From Chiloscyllium plagiosum (lineage: Eukaryota), in contig NC_057753.1 in the NCBI RefSeq assembly GCF_004010195.1, positions 2,776,782 to 2,840,781 on the forward strand: 64,000 nucleotides of DNA, read 5' to 3'. Below, one piece after another: positions 37,935 to 51,244 of the stretch (its first letter is position 1; each line of letters begins with the position of its first letter). Both the position numbers and the translations under genes were made by a program. Below the pieces are notes generated by a model. The model was not told the DNA's origin. It was given only the letters and a program-made list of their open reading frames with translations, and did no database searches.

Positions 37935-40180
37935 CATTTAGTCTTTCCACTGACGTCAGATTAGCTGGCATTAATTATATGGACTATGCATGCTACTATT
38001 CGTGACCAAAGAAAACAAGATAGAATAGATCTGGATTGGCTATTTTTCAGTCACCTTGCACTGCACTTGTGGCTAGCGAAGAATTTTGATATTTCTCCCA
38101 GCGTCCCAGCAGTTTCCTTTCTTGCCATAGAGGCCTGATATAGATTTCTTCAGGTAATGGGTATTTGTGTGCTAATATGAAGGCTAAAGCATCCATTAAT
38201 TTTCCTTTATTAATCTTAGCATGTTCTGGAAATCACCATGCCAAATTAAATTCAGGAATACAAGGTCTTGTCCTCTGTGAAGATAGACAAGAAGTATTCA
38301 TTTAAGACCACAGCCATGACCAGTAGCTCTAAGCACATGTAGCCGTATCTTGGTCTATAATAGGTCCAAAATTTATTCTTTGGTAATCCTCTTACTCTTA
38401 AAATTCCGGTGAAAACACTTAGGGATTTCCTCAAAATAACTACCAGAGATAATTCGTGGCCAATATGTGCCCTCCCATATCTTTTCATTCTACTCAGCCA
38501 CTATTTACATTCTCTATACTCCCAAAGGGTTCGCCTGTATTTAACTTACTGTACCTGATATTTGTTTCTTTCTATTTTTTATCAAACTGTCGATATCCTT
38601 TGACATCTAGGTCGCCTTGAACTTTCTGTTTTTGTCTTTCACTTCCAAAGTCACATGTTTGCTTAAATTCTGACCGTACTAATTTTGAAAAATTTGCAAA
38701 TTCCAAACGTGGACTTCTTTGAAATAAACTCTCCCACACTATGCTCACCATATCTGATGATATTGAAATTGTACTTCTCCAAATTTCGAGACTTACTTGC
38801 TGCATTGTCCATATTCTTTTCTCTGATAATTTTGAAAACTACAAAGTTATGGTAATTATCAACAAAATGTTCGCCAACTGAAATTTCAACTACTTGACTG
38901 ACATTGTGATCACCAATTACCTCTCGTCCTGCCCCATCTCTAGTAGGACTAGCCATGTACTGGTACAAAAATATTTATTGAGTTAAATATTTTGTCTATT
39001 CTTTCACACTAAGGTGATCCCAGTTCGTAGTAGCAGTGGTGAAATCCGCTACAACTGTAATTCTGTTTCTTTCACAGATTTTGTGATGTGTCTTTATATC
39101 TGAACCCCTGTCGCTCTGTGACGGTCGTGAGACCTGTAGTATAATCCTAGCTAATTAATCATCTCTTGATTATCTCTGAGCTCTTTCCAGATGTGATCAT
39201 TCAATGCCACTTCTATGATATTCCCCATCATTGCATCATTTAATAAGGAAACCATCGCTGCAGTAACGTTCCCACCTGTCTTCCTGTCCAACCCCATCTC
39301 GCCCCAATCTCCCATAACCTGCAATTTTTACTGCCTATTCTGTCTTCCCTCAAACAAGTCTCAGTGATGGCCCCACCTGCCGATAAATGCTCTAACATTT
39401 TCAGCCTCACCAGTCAAGATCCTTGCCGTAAAATAGATGCATTTTAGGTTTCTGAACATCCTCATATTCGTATCCTAGCCATTTATTCTTCACCTCCTTG
39501 ACAGTCCTAATATTTCTTCCTTATCTAATCGGAGCGTGCTCCCTAATTTACACAACATCTTGGCTCAGTCTCACTGCCAATTTGGTTGTAAACCTTCAAA
39601 CCAACGCGAGCAACCTCACAGCTGGGATATCAGACCAAATCCTGTTCAGCTATAACTGCTCTCATATACATCCGAAGCCATCCCATTGATCCAGACTCTA
39701 AATCCTTCCTTCCTGTACCATCCCTATAGTCACGTGTTCACCTGACTTATCTTTCCATATCTATGCTCAGTAACCGTAAGCCGCTGGAAGCATTCAGTAG
39801 ATCACAGCTTTAGTCGTCTTCCTCTTTAATCTACTACCTAACATTCTTAGTTTCGTATGCATGACATGATTTATTTCTTTACCCACTTTGTTGATAGCAA
39901 GATGAAGATGGCTGTTAACATTCGCTCTTCAGAATACCTGATAGTTGCTCTGAGACATCTCTGGACCTCCTGCCACAAAACTGGTTGTCAATTCCCATCA
40001 AAATGTAATTCCCTACCAATAGAAACCTCTCAATATTATTCCTGCCCTGCTGCACGGCAGACGCAATTCGCTGCCACAAAGTTGACCGTATCACCAATCC
40101 CCTGAGAAGGCATAATGCACCACCCACCCACCCCCATCCCCTCCCTCAACTGTATCCATCATGCTATATCTTATTATGGT
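37935..40180 (-). mobile_element. Old CR1 LINE 5' part (endonuclease/linker, probably ORF1 remnants)
   Basis: Minus-strand ORFs contain SPTRDGAG..QVVEISVGEHFVDNYHNFVVF and LNEYFLSIFTEDK. It probably continues the 36383-37382 piece across an insertion; the upstream limit is uncertain. Confidence 0.6.
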
Positions 40181-40204
40181 TCGAGGGTGATATGTTCCTG
40201 TCAG

Positions 40205-41338
40205 GCTGTAAGGTTCATACGAATAGACAACGCTGAAAGGCAAGAGATAATGAGGTTTTGACGAGAACATTGAAGGAGGCGTGGCTCAGATGCATGCAGC
40301 TGGGATCAAGGGACACCTAGAGCTATACAGGGAATATAGGCGTTTGCTGAAGAAGGAAATAAACAGGGCAAAAAAGGGTCACGAGATGGCTTTGACTGTG
40401 AAGTTTCGGGTGAATTCAACGAGTCTGTTTACGTATATTAAATGAAAAAGAAAAACTAGAGAAGGAATAAGACCCTCAAGGATCAAAGTAGACGTGTATG
40501 GAGCAACAGCAGGTGATGGGTGAAGTTTACAATGACTGTTTCTCCTCTTTGTTTATAACAGAGAAAGATATGAAGGCTTGTAAACGTGGGAAACGGAGTG
40601 GCGATATCTTGGGGACAGTCAGTACCACAATAGTGGAGGTATAGGATGTATTAGAGTGTATGGAGGTGGGTAAATCTCCTGCACCTGACCAGATATAACC
40701 AGAAACACTGCAAGAGGCTGGAGAAGAAATTGTGGGGAACCTGGCTGAAAATTCTGCATCACAGATAGCCACAGGTGAGGTTCCAGCAGACTGGAGGTTA
40801 GCAAATGTTGCACCATTATTCAAGAAGGACTGCAAAATAAAACCTGGCATCTTCAGTAGATTCTCAGATAAGATATAAATGCATTTGAAAAGACAGGCTT
40901 TGATTAGCAGCAGTCAGCATGGCTTTGTGCGTGGGAGATCACGGCAAACAAATTTGATAGAGCTGTTTGATGAAGTGACCAGGAAGGCTGACGAGGTCAG
41001 GCCAGTGGGCGTAGTCTACCTGGGTTTCAGTTAGAGCTCTGATGAGGTTCCACATGGTAGGTTGCTGTGGAAGGTGAGATAGCATGGATTCCAGAGGGAC
41101 GTGGCAAACCGGATACACAGAAAGCAGCGGATTATAGTGGAAGCATGCTTGTCAAACAAAAGGCCTGTGACTGATAGAGTGACGCAGGCGTCAGTTCTCG
41201 GCCAATTGCTTTTTGTTATCAATATCAATGATATGGATGAAAATGCAAAAGGCATGATTAGTATGTTTGCAGATGACACGAATATAGGTGGTATCGTGAA
41301 GAGTGAGAAAGATGATCAGAAATTGCAGCAAGATCTGT
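40205..41338 (+). mobile_element. CR1 LINE fragment (linker to RT)
   Basis: Encodes VPADWRLANVAPLFKK, SQHGFVRGRS and QASVLGQLLFVININDMD..MFADDT. Confidence 0.85.
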
Positions 41339-42862
41339 CAACATTCCCTTTGATTCCTCTCCATGCAAGGGCAATTTCCACCTCTCTCTTGAATATATGT
41401 AATGAAGTGACTACAACAACGTTTGTGGGAGAGAATTCCACAGGTTCACAATTCATTGAGTGTAGAAATGGTTCCTCATCTCGGTCCAGAATGGCTTAAA
41501 CCTATCCCTTAGACTGAGATCCTAGGTTCTGAACTTCCCCAACATTGGGAACGTTCTACCCACATCTGGCTTGTCCAGTCCCAAAAATATATTTTATGTC
41601 ACTTCACGCCGGCATTTTTCTAATTTCCAGCGAGTACAAGCCCAATCTATCTATTCTTTCCCCATATGTCAGACGTAAGACTGACTGGACTGTAATTCCC
41701 ATATTTATCTCTATTCCCTTTCTTGAACAAGGGAATGGCATTTGACACTCTCCAATCATCTGGCACTACTCCAGTGGCAATGTATTGAAGGAGATTCAGA
41801 GAGACAGGATTAATGATTACATGGAAAACTACAGGTTGATTAGAGGTAGCCAGCATAGCTTTTGATGGCAGGTCATGTGTTACAAACCTTATTGAATTTC
41901 ATGCTGAAATCACAAAACACGTTGATGAAGGTCGAGTAGTGGATGTGGTGTACATGGATTTTAACAAGGTTTTTGATAAGATTCTCCACTGTAGACTCAT
42001 TCAGAAAGTAAGGTGGCATGGGATGTAGGGAAATCTGTCTTTCTGGCTACAGAAGTTTCTGGCCCATTGAAGAAGGTTGTGGTAGATGAATAATACTCAG
42101 TATGGAGCTTGGTGAGCAGTGGTGTTCCTCAAGGATCTTTTCTGGTACCTCTGTTTTTTTTTCTAAATGACTGAGATTGGGAAGTGGGAGGTAGGGTTAT
42201 TAAGTTCACTGTTGACACGGAGGTTTGTGGAGTTGTGTATAGTGTGAAAGGTTGCTGTAGTTTGCAGTGGCACATTGACAGGATGCAGAACAGAGCTGAC
42301 AGGTGGCAGATGGCGTTCAACCTGGGAAAGTGTGAAGTGATTCACTTTGGAAGGTCGAAATTGAATGCAGAATACAGGACTAAAGGCAGGATTCTTGGTA
42401 GTGTGGAGGAATGGAGGGATTTGTGATCCAGGTCCATCGAACCCTCCAAGTTGTCAAACAAGTTGGTATGTTTGTTCAAAAGGTCTGTTGGTTTTCATTA
42501 ACAAGGGGATTGAATTTCAGTGGTGCTGGTGAGACCACACTTGGAACACTGTGATCGGTTCTGGTCGCCTCATTATAAAAAAAGATTTGGAAGCTTCAGA
42601 AATGGTGCGGAGTAGATTTATCAAACTGCTGCCTCGACGAAACGGCATGTCACACGAAGAACGGTTGCAACTAGGGCTTTGCTGGAGCGAAGAAGGATGA
42701 CAGGTGACGTGGTAGAGGTGCACAAGATGATGAGAGATAGATAAATTGGATAGCTAGGCACTTTTTACCCATGGCAGAAATTTCTATCACCAAGAAGGAT
42801 AAGTTTAGTCTCATTGGAAGAAGATATAGTGGAGATATCATAGGTAGGTTATTTGCACAATA
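41339..42862. mobile_element. Patchwork of CR1 fragments: minus 41339-41670, minus 41671-41782, plus 41783-42862
   Basis: The minus piece encodes VPDDWRVSNAIPLFKKGNRDKYGNYSPVSLTS. The plus piece has DVVYMDFNKVFDK, KFTVDT and [16 protein letters not shown]. Confidence 0.8.
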
Positions 42863-43429
42863 CATTTTATAACAACACTAGATATCACTTCTAAGTCTGT
42901 GAGACAAAAATGTTAATACGATAATAGAAGTAGCAAAACTAGAGGTATGGAGGGAACTGTTTTTAAACCGATAAGATAGAATTGGCCTCTATGGCTTTAT
43001 TTAGAGCTGTTCATACACGAACAGAAATAAGAATTTCTGTTATCATATTGACATTGCTGTATGCAAATTCAATGCATTGGTTTTAATTTTCCTAAAGTCT
43101 ATAGATACGAGTTCGGTTTCATGAATTTATTTAAAGCACAAATGATTTTTGCAGAAGTAGATAGATTGCAAATTATGAACGGAATGAAAGATTATCGGAG
43201 ATATCCATGAATTTAGAGTCTCACAAACTTTGAAAGTAGAGTTAAGTTTAAAATCAGATCAACCATGATGTATTGAATGGAGAGAAGGCGCGAAGGACCA
43301 GACTAACTTTTTGTGCTTCACTTTTACATGTATACATGAAGCACTCTGCTTACTGACTAACACTCACTCTGCTCAAGAAACTTTTTTTATTTTAAACCGT
43401 TAGCATTGTGCTCCCGACTCTCAACTGCA

Positions 43430-43600
43430 TTGGAATGGAAGCCCCACGAAGTGGAAACAGACGGTTTCGTAGAATATTGTGAATGTTGGAACAATGTAAA
43501 ATGAAAAATTAAGAGGACGAAAATGGGTTCTGAAATATCTTTAGCAAACAGCTTTAAGGAAAACGCCAAAGGCGTTTATTTATATGTAAGGAGCAAGACT

Positions 43601-43632
<32 letters not shown>

Positions 43633-45108
43633 GCAATAGCTGGGGCCTTAACAAATATATTTGCAGCATCCTCAAGCACAAGTGAGGTCCCGGAGGACTG
43701 GAGACTTGCTAACGCTGTCCACTATTTTAAGAATTTTAGCAGGGATAATCCAGATACTTATATACCAGTGAGCGTGGCATCAGTGTCGAGAAGCTGCTGG
43801 AGAAGGTACAGAGGAATAGGATGTATTCCCTTTTGGAAGAAATTGGGGTTATCTATGGTAGGCAACATGGGTTTGTGTAGTGAAGGTCTTGTATTACAAG
43901 CTTAATAGAATTATTTGTGGAAGTGACAGCGTTGATTGATGAGAGAAGGGCTGTCGATGACATACACAGAGACTTCAGTCAGGCGTTTGATAATATTGCC
44001 ACACTGGGTTGTACATGGCATCCATGTTGTACTAGTTAAATTGTTAAAAAAACTTACTGGGCACCAGGAGACAGAGAGGAGTAGTGGAATAGAGCTCCTC
44101 AAAATGGAGAACTGTAACCAGTGGTGCCCCAAAGGAATCCGTGCTGGGACCATTGTTGTTTGTGATATATATCCATGATCTGGATGAAGATATAGGTGCC
44201 CTGATTAACAAGTTTGCAGATGATATTTGGATTGGTGGAGTAGCAGATAATGAAAAGAAGGTACGAGATTACAGCACAATATAGACAGACTGGACAGCTG
44301 GCCGGAGAAATTGTTTGTGGAGTTGTGTGCACGCATGTATGAGGTGATGCACTTTGGAAGAGCCAATTCAAGAGCAAACTACACGGTAAATGGGAACGTC
44401 CTTGGGGAAAATTGATGTACAGAGACAACTGGGTATTCATTGTATCCTGAAAGTGGCAATGCAGGTCAATAGAGTGGTCAAGAAGGCATACAACATCATT
44501 TCCTTCATTGGACTGGGTTTTCAGTACAATTGCTGGCAGGTCATGTGGAATTGTACAAGACTTTGTATCGGCCACATTTGGAAGACTGCGTGCCGTTCTG
44601 GTTTCCACATTACCAAAGAACGTGGATGCTTTGGAGGTAGTGCAGAGGAAGTTCATCAGGTTGTTGCCTGGTATGGAGAGCACTATCTATGAAGAGTGGT
44701 TGAGTAGATTGGGATTATTTTCGTTAGAAAGAAGGAGGTTGAGTGCTTGTCTGATTGAGTTCGAGAAAACCATGAGAGGTATAGACAGGGTAGATAACAA
44801 GACGTTTTCTTTTTTCCAGAGTGGACGTCTCAACTACTTGGGATCACGAGTTCAAAGTGAGAGGGGAAGGTTTAAGACAGATATGCGTTCTTTACACAGA
44901 AGGTGATGAGTCCCTGGAACGTGGTTCTAGCGGAGGTGGTAGAGATGAGTACGAAAGCATAATTGAAGATACATCTAGACAGATACATGAATAGGCAGGG
45001 ATCAGAGAGATACGCCTAAGACAATAATGACAGGTTTCGGCAGAAGATCTGAACTGGTGCAGGCTAAGAGTGCCAAAGGGCCTTTTTCTGTACTGTAATT
45101 TTCTTTGT
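43430..45108 (+). mobile_element. CR1 LINE, linker to 3' end, decayed
   Basis: Contains gtcccggaggactggagacttgctaac, aagtttgcagatgat (KFADD), ALEVVQRKFIRLLPG and a 3' tail gccaaagggcc. Confidence 0.85.
43597..43632. repeat. (GA)n microsatellite
   Basis: gagagaagagagagagagagagagagagagag. Confidence 0.9.
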
Positions 45109-45190
45109 TTGTGTGTGTGTGTGCGTGTGTGTATGTGTGTGTCTGTCTGTCTGTGTGCGCGTGTGGTTATGTGTGTCTGTTAACGTGTGC
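45108..45190. repeat. Imperfect (GT)n microsatellite at the CR1 3' end
   Basis: gtgtgtgtgtgtgcgtgtgtgtatgtgtgtgtctgtctgtctgtgtg. Confidence 0.9.
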
Positions 45191-46916
45191 AGGTGTATAT
45201 TCAAATATAATTGCCCCAAGGATCTTAAGTAATTTCTGTTGAGCTTTCCTCTTCTATTCCATATTTAATAACAAACTACAAAATAAGTTGCTAAAAGTCT
45301 TCTATCCAAGCTTACTGTATGCAAAACTTCTCAGTATCCATTTTTTTTCTCCTTGTACTAAATTTCTCTGGGACATTTAAATCGTCCCCAAAAGTATGAA
45401 GGTTATGATTCCAAATGTATAGACAGATGTTTGCAACTAACCATTCTCTTCAGCCATTTTTGTGTCCAATAAAACCGCAGGCAACAATTTTATGTTACTC
45501 TCAAACATGGGCGAGTCCAAAACATGCTGACCCAAATCTGTCCATGTTGAATGTAACCATGTGGGGCATACCTGGACTTGTCAACATTAAGTACAAACTT
45601 CGTGAACAGTTTTGTGCCCCATATCTATACGGCGATAAGCTGGACATTTTCACAATTTTTGTAATGAATCTGTTCACTGTGTAACTAACCGCTCACTAAA
45701 GAATTTTCCAAAAGAATCTAACGAATACTTGGATCTATCGCTCATTCATAAAACCTACTAACTGAACATGTCTGCTTTTAGTTTATTCACCAAGAAGTAA
45801 CAATGTCGGGGATTGTTTGCAAACTTGCTGTGATGTACTTGTCTCCAGTCAATTCTTTTATTTTAACTAATCAATAATGAACTGTGGGCATCTTTAACAC
45901 TTATTATTGCTGAAAGAACACTGTGGAGTGAACCACATTGCTCGGATCCGAAGTGTAATAAAGGCTCAAAATGTCATTGATCAAATATGTTAATTGTTTT
46001 AAAACTAAATAGTGGGTACATAGTCACCATCTGTCGCAAATTTTATTTCAGGTTTTTTTTTCCACCAATTAATTTTCCACAATTTAATTTCCACCAATTA
46101 CTCTGACACACTTCCTCTGAATATTAGCCTGAAGATTCGGATTGCACTAAAACTAACAGATCTGATCAGATTCTCTATACATAAAAAAAATCTGCTTTAC
46201 TGGATTAATTTACACTCAATATGATCACGCTGGACTGTCACTTGTCCAACCAGAATGCAATGATATTGGCCTTACTTCTTCATTTCGAAAATAATCCTTG
46301 ACTCGATCCTTCTACGATGATGTACAGTATTTCATGATGATTACGACAAGTATTGAAAATAGTAGCATAGATCTGGAACCGTTATGAATCGTGCTGATGC
46401 ATAATCAATGATCCAGAATGATAATATTGACTTCCATTACATATAATACTGCTTCAAAGTTAATTTATAATTTCAGGGATACTTGAGCCCATTGTATGAG
46501 TGAATTACAATCACGGGCACCGAATAACCTTCACTTGGTTGAGATTCCCTTCTTGTCAGATTATCTCTGGAAAGTATTATTTTCCATTGAGTCAGTTTAA
46601 AAAAAGACCTAACGAACCTGAACACATGATTGCTTTCCATCGAACGCTGTATTTTACAGGCATATATTTTAATTTTTCTTTGCCTCTATAATAAAGTGTA
46701 ACTGAAATTCAACAGTTCAATTTAGAAAGGTTTCACTGCAATTTTAAAAATCACCAAATCACACACAACATAAACACGAGACTTGCAGCAGCTGTGAAGA
46801 AACTCTTTGCTTCACATAATCTCATAATCTGAAAGAAATTCCTGGAGCCTGGCGGGAAGTATATGTATGGCTTTACCTTAAACTCGTGCAGAAACCACGT
46901 GAAAGGCATATGAGAA

Positions 46917-49117
46917 ATGCACGGATTGCCAACGGGTCTGGTGTTTGTCATTTACTATCCAGTTAATGCAATTGTTGGTGTTCCAGGTAAAAGTTAATTA
47001 ACGTTTATGAGTATTTTGTTTCACTTTTACAACATCTCTCATTTAGTAAAACTGCATTCGCCAGCATGCCAGTATTTATTGCCTGCTTTAATAGGAAGCT
47101 GTTCCTTTTAGTTCCTTCACCATTCTTTTTATCTGAAATAACTTCTCGCCCTTTATGCCATAATCTTAGACACATTTAGAGCATTAATTTTGAGAGTTAA
47201 GATTAATTATTTATTCTATTTGCCAGCATTACTTAATTCCATTATGATTGCAATTCCTTCTTAAACGTGTATCTTTGCTTTTGATGGTAATATCTTAAAC
47301 CATGCAAATTCATACACACCACTTTCTCCTAATATTGTAAATTTTTATCCATTACATAAATAAGATTTTTGAACTTCTTGAACTTTAATATTGCTATCAA
47401 GCCGAAGTCTCTTCCTATCGTGTACTTGGCGTCTTGGTGAAATTCTTAATCTCGTATCTAACTGACGTTTACACAAAATTTCAACATGCTCATCATTGTG
47501 CACGTCTCGTTTCTTTTTTGTGTTTCCCAGCTCTACTAACTGTTGTTAATTCAGTGTGTGCTATTGAATTCGATGTTCCTCAGTTTAATGGAGAAACAAC
47601 AATGCTGATATGCTATAGACGAACTGAAGGCCAACACCAGTTGTTTAAATTTCACGGCTATTGTAAAAATATTGACGGATTAAGCTGCAGAAATTACTTA
47701 TCAAGAGCGCCGGGTTTCTTTGATTTTCAATGCAATTTACATTCCTTCTGAGAAAGACAAGGATGTTTATAAATTTTAGCCCGACATCTCATACGAAATG
47801 CATTGCATTGATTATTTCTTGCATTCTTTATTCTTAATGGATAGACATTATAATGCCAGAGCTCTATTGAATTCCAAATATAACAGTATTTGTTTTGTCT
47901 AAGTCAACGTTTATGCAGCAAATGAGACCATATTTGCTTCTATTTCCACTCTTTCAGGCAAAAAAATTTAAATCTTATGGATCACTAATGGATTTAGTGA
48001 GAATATTTCAGCCAAATTCGCAAATGAAATTCTGATTTCAAAGTGTGTTATGATGCGATTTTCTCCACTGAGATGCAAAAATTTCCAAACTTTTTAAAAA
48101 ACTGCTGTTGCTTCATCAGCATTGTTTCCAACATTTCCTGTTTTTATTGCCTTCTTTTGCTTACCCTTCCCTAGATTTATCTTTTGCAGCTAATTTGGCA
48201 GTGAATCTTCTCCTGTCTTGGAAACGATGTGGTCTATCCAGATGTATTGCTCTCTAAATGATGTCTATGGCAGTAACAGATTTCCTAGTCATGTTTACTG
48301 GTGTAATACTAAATCGTATTGTATATGATTACTTGTCAATGAGTTTCCTCTCCATCACTCCAATACTTGCTTTCAGTTTTTCTAATATATGCAATCAGAG
48401 ATTCTTCTGTATGGGTTACTGTCACTTTTACTTTGGATTGATTTATAGTAATTTGTTGCCAGAAGCTGAAAAACACACATTGCACCGGGAAAACAGTAGT
48501 TTTTGTTATAAGCTTTGTCTGTGCTCTGAACTGTGTTCGAAAATCCCTGTGTACTTTACCTGTGAACCTGCCTTTCTAATTGATAATGTTCCTTGGTACT
48601 GCAACACCAGAATAACCTTTTATTCGTCACCTGCTTGGATTGCATATGATAGTCTAATGGTGATTTTAACCGCTTGTCTTCCATTCATTATTATTTTGTT
48701 ACTCAATGTTTTAACCGTCAGACATATTCTAGCAGCTGGTGTTGCCCGCAGACGACTCTGGTCACATAAGAATGCATAGGACCAGACTGACCCAGAAATG
48801 GAGAAGAGGAGAAACTCCATAGTTTTACTTTTCTGTGTCTTGGGAAGTTTCATCCTGTCCTATTCATTGATTTTTATAACGTTCCTCTATGTTCAAATTG
48901 CAAGTATTACTTATTCGTCAGCTCAAATTCCACCGAATCCAATGTTATTCTGGAGGAAAGCAGTTATATGCTTCAGCTCTTGAGTTCTTGCGTTAACCCG
49001 TTCATTTATGCAGGTACCCAGAACAAATTTAGAAAGGAGTTAATGAATGGTATGAAGTACTTTTTGAATCTGATTGTTACGTTATTTAAGTGCAGGCAAC
49101 ATTCAAACCCAAGCTAA
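46917..49117 (+). pseudogene. Class A orphan GPCR (GPR139/GPR142-like) pseudogene, copy 2; exon 1 46917-46986, exon 2 48190-49117
   Basis: Exon 1 encodes MHGLPTGLVFVIYYPVNAIVGVP and ends at CCAG|gtaaaa; the acceptor is ttttgcag|CTAAT. Exon 2 reads ANLAVNLLLSWKRCGLSRC...SMAVTDF...NVLTVRHILAA...DPEMEKRRNSI...CVNPFIYAGTQNKFRKEL. Stops are at 48255-57 (TAA), 48439-41 (TGA) and 48777-79 (TAG); frameshifts lie near 48370, 48540 and 48920. Confidence 0.92.
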
Positions 49118-50251
49118 ATTAAAATCTATATTATGTTTTGTTTTGTTTTTGACATTTCTGAAAAGATGTTGATGTCCCAAAACATCGTCGATTCATGTGA
49201 GACCCTCATGCACTTTATAATTCTAATAAGATGTTCAAAACTGTGAGTGTTCTCTTTTGATTTTCTCCTCACAATCAAGTTCTTGTCATTTTCAAGAGAG
49301 TCCGGGGCAGCAACATGGGAGTTAAAGTTTCAAAACTCTCATCTGTGTGAGCATATCATTTTAAATTGTATAAAGAAAAGAAAACAAAATCTTCTTTATG
49401 TATCTGTTGAACACTTTGAAATTAAAGGTAGACAACAAAATGCGACTACAGAATCTTGATGCATTATATCACGAAAGAATTACAACAGCGAAGATGTGAA
49501 ACAAAAACATTAATTCCTGAAGAAACACAGCAAGTCTAGAAACACCAGTGGAGAGCAGGAGTTAATATTTCAAGCTCAGTGAAAGTTCTGAAGAAGGATC
49601 ACTGGACTCGAAACATTAACTCTGCTTTCTCTCCTCATCCGTAGATGTTCATTTATATTGTTAGCATCTCAGCACCATTTGTCTGTTCTCCAGCATAACT
49701 GGAAAAAATAAACTAACACGGTTAATCTGCTTATTTTGCCATACATTTTTTTTCACAATGGCCAAAGAAGTCGTCATTCCGGTTGTCATCAAATCGAGAC
49801 TTAGCAATATCCCTCTTTTAATGAATCCCAAATATAAGTCCCAAATTAGTTACATATTATCATAGATATTGGAAGTCTGTGAAAGAATACTTGCTACACA
49901 CATCGATGAAAACTACAATGCTAATAGGTTTCTGGAATGTTCTCAGTGATTATTCCCTCTCCCCAACTTCTTGAGTGCTCGGAACGTGCCTGGAAAGGGG
50001 AACACATATGATTCATTCCTGCTTCCGTTTGAACGTACGTGATTAACAATGTGTTACTCGAAGTCCTGTTTAGGCATTTCAAAGAGTAGTTCAGAGCCAG
50101 ATACATTTCTTCAGATATTGAATTCCATACAGGCAGATGGTGATTAATTTGTTTTCTAAAGTACATTGGCAAACTAGATTTTGAAAGACAATCCAGAAGA
50201 TAGAATTTTATCATTATATGTGATGACATTTTTTTTCTATATAACTTACTT

Positions 50252-50500
50252 AAGATTAGATTACTTACAGTGTGGAAACAGGCCCCCAACAAGTCCACAA
50301 CGACCCTCCGAAGAGCAACCCACCCAGACTCATTCCCCTACATTTATCCCTCACCTAACACTACGGGCAATTTAGCATTGCCAAATCACTTAACCTGCAC
50401 TTTTGTTTTGGACTGTGGGAGGAAACCCACGCACACACGGGGAAAATGAGGCAGGAATTAAACTGTGAGGCAGCAGTGCTAACCACTGTGCCACCGAGCC
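50252..50500 (-). mobile_element. HE1-like SINE with internal deletions
   Basis: agattagattacttacagtgtggaaacaggccc...gtgaggcagcagtgctaaccactgtgccacc. Confidence 0.88.
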
Positions 50501-50654
50501 AGTGGAACACAATAACCTAAAGTATCATTTGATGCACACAACTGCTCATCAACGACTTTGTGCAACAACAGAGAACTTCAGAACTTCAGAATCTCCATTT
50601 ATAACTCAGTCGTGGAATTCCACAAACAATCAACATATGAACAAAACAACAAAA

Positions 50655-50850
50655 AAAATTGCAGCGGAGGAACAGGCCCTTTCACCCTCCAAGCCGGTGT
50701 TGATCCACATCCTTTATCGAAAACTGTCATCTATTTTCCAAGGATTTGTATCCCTCTGCTCACTACCCATTTATGGTCTACCTAGGTACATTTTAATTGA
50801 TGCCAGCACGCCCGTATCTACCACCTCCGATGGCAACGCAGTAAACCACA
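50655..50850 (-). mobile_element. Short CR1 3' tail fragment
   Basis: aacaggccctttcaccc...gtatctaccacctccgatggcaacgc. Confidence 0.6.
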
Positions 50851-50859
50851 CATCAACTC

Positions 50860-51244
50860 CCGTGGGTTCGTTACATGGCTCAGAGTTCAGTCTGAGTGGA
50901 ATGGGTTTCAGTTTGTGTGGCACTGTCACCAGTACTGGGGTAAAAGGGGGCTGTTCTTCTGTGGGAGGATTCACTTCAACCCTGCTGGAACCAGTGTCCT
51001 GGTGAATTGAATAACTAGGGCTACAGAGAGGATTTTCAACTAATTAGAAGGAGGAAGGATTCAGGAGAAAGGGGCTGGGGGCTGACAAAGCAAGAGGAGA
51101 CAGCAGCTACATTACCCAGAGTAGGACAGGAACAGACAGAGGATACTAACACAGAAAAACAGCAGTGAATAGGGTCACCAGGGGAAATAATGTTAAAAAG
51201 GCAAAGTTAATGCATATAGTATTCTGAACAATATAACTGAAATG
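50860..51244 (+). mobile_element. Old CR1 fragment (ORF1 C-terminus to ORF2 start)
   Basis: Encodes NGFQFV.H.HQYWGKRGLF...IHFNPAGTSVL, parallel to the ORF1 end at 18900-19090. Confidence 0.6.
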
